From a virus (Duplodnaviria > Caudoviricetes): DNA of 59,276 bases. The translations under genes were made by a program, and so were the position numbers. Shown one piece after another: positions 54,884-59,276 of this stretch (the first letter of the stretch is position 1; the number at the start of each line of letters is the position of its first letter). The notes beneath the pieces were generated by a model that worked only from the letters and a program-made list of their open reading frames with translations, searched no databases and was not told the origin of the DNA. The stretch is from IMG/VR virus record IMGVR_UViG_3300030118_002680, positions 1 through 59,276 of that record; one strand, given 5' to 3'.

Positions 54884-54959
54884 TTTTATTATCCGATTTA
54901 ACTACTTCATATATTATTTTAATGTCCATTAAATAAGAGTTAGTTTGAATAAATTCCAT
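54837..54959 (-). CDS. Small hypothetical protein (40 aa), probably leaderless
   Basis: MEFIQTNSYLMDIKIIYEVVK...; ATG 4 nt after TATCTTTG (54964-54971). Confidence 0.4.
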   Translation of the reverse strand: MEFIQTNSYLMDIKIIYEVVKSDNKNDTKERRKSYIRYKV

Positions 54960-54989
54960 GAGACAAAGATAAAGAAAAAAAATATAGGA

Positions 54990-55733
54990 TTATTTGCCCA
55001 CACGCTCTATAAGAATAGAGGTAGCTATAGAACCTGCAGCCGTACCAATTGCAGGGAATGGATTGTTTCCTACACCACCTGTAAATTCTATTTTGATTTC
55101 TATCTCATCGTTGTCAACACAAGTGATACTATTTTGACCAAAGTAATTTATATCATTTTTAAATCCTGAAGCCACTTCATTGATAAGTCCTTTAATTATT
55201 GAACCACCTGCAACTCGATATATTCCGGCAAATACTGTCATCCCTTGTTGGTTTTGGTCAAAGAAACTTAAGTTAACTCCTATCTTGTATTGACCTGCAT
55301 TAGCAATTTCAAATGTAGTAGTACCGTTGTTTCCGGGTAGACCGTTGTATTGCATTACAATTCCTGTTCCTTGTGAATTAGTGTTTATGTTAGCCTGCTC
55401 ATCGTTGTAAGGAACATTTGTTAAAGTATTTTTTAAAACATTAAAATAAGATTGGTTTGGTGTACCTGCATTTTGGTTAACCCATTCTGCGTAAAGGGTT
55501 TGTCTTACAGGAACATTAGGGTGTTGTGAGGGATTGATAAAATCTACATTACCACCACTAATGTAAAGCATGTCATTGTTGGTTTGATTTGGTGAATCTG
55601 TTAGAGCATCCAACAATGCGAGGTCAGCCGGAACTTTAATATTAGTTCCTGCCACAGTATTCAATCCTACTAACTCAGTAGTTAGATTCTGAGGATTATT
55701 CTCTAAATTAAATTGTGAAAATTTTGTTGCCAT
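54990..55733 (-). CDS. Virion fibre-like protein with possible C1q/TNF-like C-terminal domain
   Basis: MATKFSQF N-terminus; F....AG.Y.I...L and D.IEI patterns. Confidence 0.5.
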   Translation of the reverse strand: MATKFSQFNLENNPQNLTTELVGLNTVAGTNIKVPADLALLDALTDSPNQTNNDMLYISGGNVDFINPSQHPNVPVRQTLYAEWVNQNAGTPNQSYFNVLKNTLTNVPYNDEQANINTNSQGTGIVMQYNGLPGNNGTTTFEIANAGQYKIGVNLSFFDQNQQGMTVFAGIYRVAGGSIIKGLINEVASGFKNDINYFGQNSITCVDNDEIEIKIEFTGGVGNNPFPAIGTAAGSIATSILIERVGK

Positions 55734-55734
55734 A

Positions 55735-55893
55735 TTATTCTACTATTAAAGGTGACCCACCCTCAGTTACTATTTGGTCGTCTGCCGGTACCATTGGTGC
55801 CGACTCAGTTATTATAAAATTTTGTACAGGTGGAGTTATTCCAACTCTTTGTTGAAACGGTATTCCAATTCCTATTCCAATTCCTAAAGGCAT
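55735..55893 (-). CDS. Small structural peptide (52 aa)
   Basis: MPLGIGIGIGIPF...IITE...IVTEGGSPLIVE; fills the gap exactly. Confidence 0.6.
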   Translation of the reverse strand: MPLGIGIGIGIPFQQRVGITPPVQNFIITESAPMVPADDQIVTEGGSPLIVE

Positions 55894-55894
55894 T

Positions 55895-56362
55895 TTACCA
55901 AAGTGCTAATATATCGCTAGCTGTAGTATCTGTTGCAAATACTTTAATACAGTTTACCGGAATGAATGTTCCACCGGGTACTCCTGCAAATACTACATCA
56001 TCATTACCTGAAGTTAATACTCTAACTTCTCCTCCTGTACCTACATATAATACTGCTCCTTGGTTGTTGCCACCATAGATTGCATAAGCATCTCCTATGT
56101 TAGGTACCGGTTGAGCATTCATAATTATCTCGTCTTCACTAACAGACTGAATAATAGCTGAAGCTCCACTTGCAGGGTTTACTACTACCATCCCTCTCTT
56201 TACTCCTATTGTAAGAAAGTTAACAGTTGCATCTTTAAACCCGTTTGCGCTTGTGCCGGTAGTTGTTCCTGTTCCATCTTTTACCATGAACTCAGGAATG
56301 ATTCCATCGTCAGTAGGAATTACTTTCCACGCTCTACTTGCATTTAACTTTTGGTATGCCAT
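55895..56362 (-). CDS. Putative virion protein
   Basis: LYVGTGG.V.V....D.V.F..VP.G.F.PV....V..T.TTA.DI.AL motif. Confidence 0.65.
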   Translation of the reverse strand: MAYQKLNASRAWKVIPTDDGIIPEFMVKDGTGTTTGTSANGFKDATVNFLTIGVKRGMVVVNPASGASAIIQSVSEDEIIMNAQPVPNIGDAYAIYGGNNQGAVLYVGTGGEVRVLTSGNDDVVFAGVPGGTFIPVNCIKVFATDTTASDILALW

Positions 56363-56365
56363 ATT

Positions 56366-56533
56366 TTATTGTTTATATGGAAACACTCTATTCAAAGTGT
56401 CTCGTCTTTTATTACAGCCACAATCACTATTTGTCATTTTGGCTACTGTGTTTACAACTCTTTTTATTCCGGAGGCTGTTGTTATCTTTTCCACCGTGTC
56501 TCCTAGACCTCTTGATTTATGCTTCCATTTCAT
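56366..56533 (-). CDS. Small protein with GLGD...CGC..R...LN motif (55 aa)
   Basis: MKWKHKSRGLGDTVEKITTASGIK...DCGCNKRRDTLNRVFPYKQ; ATG 4 nt after TATCTTTG. Confidence 0.7.
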   Translation of the reverse strand: MKWKHKSRGLGDTVEKITTASGIKRVVNTVAKMTNSDCGCNKRRDTLNRVFPYKQ

Positions 56534-56556
56534 AAGACAAAGATAAACATTTTATC

Positions 56557-57291
56557 TTACTGCTTAACCATCAGGATACCTGCAACATCTAAAGGTGCTG
56601 CTCCGGTACCATCGGTTTGATAAACTTGGTCTGCACCTAGTCCGGCTGCTCCTGCTGCTGCATCATCTGCATATGCAGGTGGATTAAAAAATATGTTTAC
56701 CCACTCTGAAGTTCCACCTAATGAGGCTGTTCCTGACCTTGGTCCAAATGCATCATATGTAACTCCATTCTTAGTTTGAGTTTCAAATCCAAATTTAGAT
56801 GAACCATTACGGGTAATTAACATTGGCTTGTCAGGTACATTACTAGGAGTACCAATCGTAACAAATAAATCATTTGCTACCAACTCTAATTCAGAAAGTA
56901 TATTTCCTGTTGCGTTATCAACATCTCTAATTTCAACTCTTGCATTTGTATTGTCTTCAATAAATAAAGCACCTACACCACTTGTGTTAGACTCTCCAAA
57001 TATTTTTAAGTTACCTCTTAGTTCATACTGACCTCCGTTAGGTGTCGAATAAACTGCTGTTCTTTCTATATCACTATCACCCAATTGTGTTGGAGATATC
57101 CATCTTGAAAGAAATGATGTGGTACCTGCACCTGCAAGTCCACCACCACCACCATTTAGAATTACTGTTGAAGTAATATCTGACATGGTATATGCTGCCT
57201 TTCTACTATTAGTTAATCTAGACCCTCTAAGCTTTGTGTCTACTGCTTCTGATACTGCGTGAAATTTATCACTATTTGGAATCGTTGCCAT
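56557..57291 (-). CDS. Putative virion fibre protein
   Basis: Gly-rich; G.GT...L..W.....LGDS and YADDAAA.AAGL....VY motifs. Confidence 0.6.
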   Translation of the reverse strand: MATIPNSDKFHAVSEAVDTKLRGSRLTNSRKAAYTMSDITSTVILNGGGGGLAGAGTTSFLSRWISPTQLGDSDIERTAVYSTPNGGQYELRGNLKIFGESNTSGVGALFIEDNTNARVEIRDVDNATGNILSELELVANDLFVTIGTPSNVPDKPMLITRNGSSKFGFETQTKNGVTYDAFGPRSGTASLGGTSEWVNIFFNPPAYADDAAAGAAGLGADQVYQTDGTGAAPLDVAGILMVKQ

Positions 57292-57312
57292 TGTTTACGT
57301 TTTTGTTTGTTA

Positions 57313-57453
57313 TTATTTTTTACACATACATTCTGATACAGGACAAGACTCTACTTTAACTATTAACTTAGAGACTAACCAATTCCATTTACATAATACT
57401 TTTATCCAACTCTTGGATATCCAAGTACCTAATTTAACTAATAATTTTCCCAT
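57313..57453 (-). CDS. Small amphipathic Cys-tailed protein (46 aa)
   Basis: MGKLLVKLGTWISKSWIKVLCKWNWLVSKLIVKVESCPVSECMCKK. Confidence 0.55.
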   Translation of the reverse strand: MGKLLVKLGTWISKSWIKVLCKWNWLVSKLIVKVESCPVSECMCKK

Positions 57454-57460
57454 ATTCTTT

Positions 57461-57661
57461 TTATTTTTTACAGCCGAAGTTCTTAGCAAAGTTTGCCATC
57501 TTGACTACAGGAGCTTTGTACTTGTCTTTGTTTTTCATTACTGCACTTGCTGCAGCACAAACCGACTTGCCCGGCATATTCTTTTTAGCCCATGCCGTGA
57601 ACTTGCCCTGATTACCCTTGCTAATCATTTCGCCTAAACCCTTTTCACCTTTCTTAGCCAT
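57461..57661 (-). CDS. Small basic protein
   Basis: GKFTAWAKK...ANFAKN. Confidence 0.65.
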   Translation of the reverse strand: MAKKGEKGLGEMISKGNQGKFTAWAKKNMPGKSVCAAASAVMKNKDKYKAPVVKMANFAKNFGCKK

Positions 57662-57667
57662 GACTAA

Positions 57668-57880
57668 TTATTTTCTAATTAATCCACCTAAGTGACCGTG
57701 AACGTCTTTTGGATAGTGCTTGTCTTCTTTCATTGAGTGGTCTCCTGCATATGCATGTCCACTTAAAGCTTTTGACTCTCCTTTAGATTCGTCTCTTCTG
57801 TCTTTTAAAGATTGCTTATGAGCACCTTTGTGCTTCATTCCTAAAGACTCATCTAGTCTTGCGTTATAACCTTGTTTCAT
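57668..57880 (-). CDS. Small basic protein
   Basis: QGYNARLDESLG...RRDESKG; TATATTTG at 57912-57919 upstream. Confidence 0.65.
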   Translation of the reverse strand: MKQGYNARLDESLGMKHKGAHKQSLKDRRDESKGESKALSGHAYAGDHSMKEDKHYPKDVHGHLGGLIRK

Positions 57881-57919
57881 GATTTTAATTTTTAATGATT
57901 ATTACTGATTACAAATATA

Positions 57920-58210
57920 CTAATATTTTCCTTGTCTATTTTTCGGTGAAGACTTGGTACTACCACCTTTGCCTGCCCATAATTTTTTACATGCCCAATA
58001 TCTTGCTGTTAGTTTTGATTTGGCTGTTGAACATTTGTGTCTTGCTCGAAAGCTTTTCCTTGCAGCTCCTGAATAATTATGTCCATATCCTTTGGCTCCA
58101 AAGTGAATAAGCTTTTCCTTTCCACCTTCACAAGCTTTAACCATTTTCTTTTTACCCGGTCTAGTACTTGGTCTAACAACATTGCATTTCATTTTAGATT
58201 TATTCGCCAT
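57920..58210 (-). CDS. Small basic protein
   Basis: KLIHFGAKGY...RKSFRARHKC...ARYWAC..LW. Confidence 0.7.
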   Translation of the reverse strand: MANKSKMKCNVVRPSTRPGKKKMVKACEGGKEKLIHFGAKGYGHNYSGAARKSFRARHKCSTAKSKLTARYWACKKLWAGKGGSTKSSPKNRQGKY

Positions 58211-58307
58211 CTTCTTCTAACTTTTTATTAAGCTCTTCAGGAGTTGGTAGCAAGTCTTTGTCTCTTGCTATATTATAATTTTGATATTGATATTTATAAA
58301 ACTTCAT
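58200..58307 (-). CDS. Small hypothetical protein (35 aa)
   Basis: Hand-translated MKFYKYQYQNYNIARDKDLLPTPEELNKKLEEDGE. Confidence 0.4.
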   Translation of the reverse strand: MKFYKYQYQNYNIARDKDLLPTPEELNKKLEEDGE

Positions 58308-58419
58308 CTTCTTTTTTTAAAGCTTCCATTAAGTTCATAAGTTCAACATAGTTCTTTACCCAATCTTCAGGTAATCTATTTCTATTGTATTGTTCAACAT
58401 ACCACTCTTCTGAATGCAT
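58294..58419 (-). CDS. Small hypothetical protein (41 aa)
   Basis: MHSEEWYVEQYNRNRLPEDWVKNYVELMNLMEALKKEDEVL; TAATG coupling. Confidence 0.5.
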   Translation of the reverse strand: MHSEEWYVEQYNRNRLPEDWVKNYVELMNLMEALKKEDEVL

Positions 58420-58673
58420 TATCTCTTTGTGTATTTTTTTGTCACCCTTCCTGCTTTGGTATTAGCGACTACAGTCTTGCCTCTTCTACCTGCTCTCTTT
58501 TTCTTACGAGCTGTTCTAGCTCGTTCAGCTTTTGTCATGGACTTAGCTTTAGCTAATGGCAAACATCTATCAGGATTCTTTTTGTTCTTGCTTGTTCCAC
58601 AAGCTCCCTTAATAGAACCATCGGTTCCAATACGAACCCACTTCTCTTCTCGCCACTTCTTAAGCTCACCCAT
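58419..58673 (-). CDS. Small basic protein
   Basis: LKKWREEKWV...CG...CLP..KA..MT..ER. Confidence 0.7.
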   Translation of the reverse strand: MGELKKWREEKWVRIGTDGSIKGACGTSKNKKNPDRCLPLAKAKSMTKAERARTARKKKRAGRRGKTVVANTKAGRVTKKYTKR

Positions 58674-58674
58674 C

Positions 58675-58833
58675 TTAATAGTTTACTTCCATTCCGTATC
58701 CCGGATTGTTCTTCTTAGAACCTTGGTTTAATTTTTCAAAAGCATCAGCTTGTGCTTTCCCTACTGCATTGTATGGAAAAGACTTTGTCATTTTCTTGCC
58801 TGTATCAGGACATGTATAACTTACTGTTGGCAT
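58675..58833 (-). CDS. Small protein (52 aa)
   Basis: MPTVSYTCPDTGKKMTKSFPYNAVGKAQA... Confidence 0.55.
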   Translation of the reverse strand: MPTVSYTCPDTGKKMTKSFPYNAVGKAQADAFEKLNQGSKKNNPGYGMEVNY

Positions 58834-58839
58834 AACTAA

Positions 58840-58983
58840 TTATTTATTTTGGTTTAACACTTTGAAGTCTCCACTATCGATTTGGTCCACAGGAGCACTT
58901 TGTTGAGCAATATACTTTTGCCCTTTAGTTAGTCCTTTGTTTTTATCTCGATGTGGTTTGCTTCCTCTTTTTAATTTACTCAT
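58840..58983 (-). CDS. Small basic protein (47 aa)
   Basis: MSKLKRGSKPH...LTKGQKYIA...IDSGDFKVL. Confidence 0.55.
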   Translation of the reverse strand: MSKLKRGSKPHRDKNKGLTKGQKYIAQQSAPVDQIDSGDFKVLNQNK

Positions 58984-59099
58984 TTCTTTTTCTTTGACAT
59001 TGATTTAATCATTCTCTCAATCTTTGCAGCTTGTGCAGCATGCATCTTCGAAGCTCCTTTAAGTTGCTTCACTACTTCTCTCATTTGTTTTACATTCAT
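58980..59099 (-). CDS. Small basic protein (39 aa)
   Basis: MNVKQMREVVKQLKGASKMHAAQAAKIERMIKSMSKKKK; ATGA overlaps at both ends. Confidence 0.55.
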   Translation of the reverse strand: MNVKQMREVVKQLKGASKMHAAQAAKIERMIKSMSKKKK

Positions 59100-59266
59100 T
59101 TCTTTTTCTTTTTAGCTCCCTTAGCGTAATTAGGGTCTTTACAATATTTACTTGCTGCCATATTCGCATACGCTGACGGATATGTATCAAAGGTTCTCTT
59201 TGCCCATGCTATACCTGCAGGACAAATCTTGTTACCTTTCTTTTTTGTTTTTCCCTTCTTAGCCAT
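59096..59266 (-). CDS. Small basic protein with YPSAYAN motif (56 aa)
   Basis: MAKKGKTKKKGNKICPAGIAWAKRTFDTYPSAYANMAASKYCK... Confidence 0.65.
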   Translation of the reverse strand: MAKKGKTKKKGNKICPAGIAWAKRTFDTYPSAYANMAASKYCKDPNYAKGAKKKKK

Positions 59267-59276
59267 TACGATAAAG

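Larger units (their letters stand above)
1..59276. mobile_element. Near-complete tailed dsDNA phage genome (podovirus-like, probable Bacteroidota/Flavobacteriia host, apparently lytic)
   Basis: Terminase, portal, capsid, tail, lysis and replication modules present; no host housekeeping context and no integrase; TAnnTTTG promoters; no tape-measure or sheath gene, but large internal virion proteins. Confidence 0.93.

Noticed and set aside
59221..59276. Circular junction or terminal repeat with the window start
   Set aside because: No shared sequence with position 1 onward, and joining the ends gives no plausible start for the first ORF
1..59276. Stop-codon reassignment or diversity-generating retroelement
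   Set aside because: Genes are intact in the standard code, and I saw no reverse transcriptase or template/variable repeat pair

Overview
This window is most of the genome of an AT-rich tailed dsDNA phage, most likely a lytic podovirus of a Bacteroidota (Flavobacteriia-like) host. The host call rests on TAnnTTTG/TTTG promoters and AT-rich leaders without Shine-Dalgarno sequences. The ends do not join into a circle, and the first ORF is cut at position 1. Two arms diverge from a non-coding region at about 2.6-3.6 kb. The + arm (3.6-19.5 kb) carries early genes (ArdC and many hypotheticals), recombination genes (annealase, RecE-like nuclease, SSB) and replication genes (primase-SF3 helicase, SF2 helicase, VRR-NUC, HNH, two DnaA-domain-IV-like proteins). 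The - arm carries groEL/groES on the left. On the right it carries small basic proteins, an envelope module, lysis genes, tail fibre, terminase, portal, scaffold, capsid, tail proteins and internal virion proteins, including a 2828-aa protein. I recognised no integrase, DNA polymerase or canonical tRNA. The most striking feature is a set of structured RNAs in four successive early-region spacers: one complete type III hammerhead ribozyme and three tRNA-like elements (acceptor plus T-arm, no D-stem, N-CTAA in place of NCCA). Each lies 23-29 nt before a start codon, and three of the four follow a stem-loop, which suggests a phage mRNA-processing system. Also notable are a duplicated iteron-like element, a shared early-promoter spacer motif, apparent genome-wide avoidance of CCAG/CTGG and GATC, and a phage-encoded outer-membrane beta-barrel with a thioredoxin-fold partner. 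Protein family calls come from motif recognition only; no searches were run.
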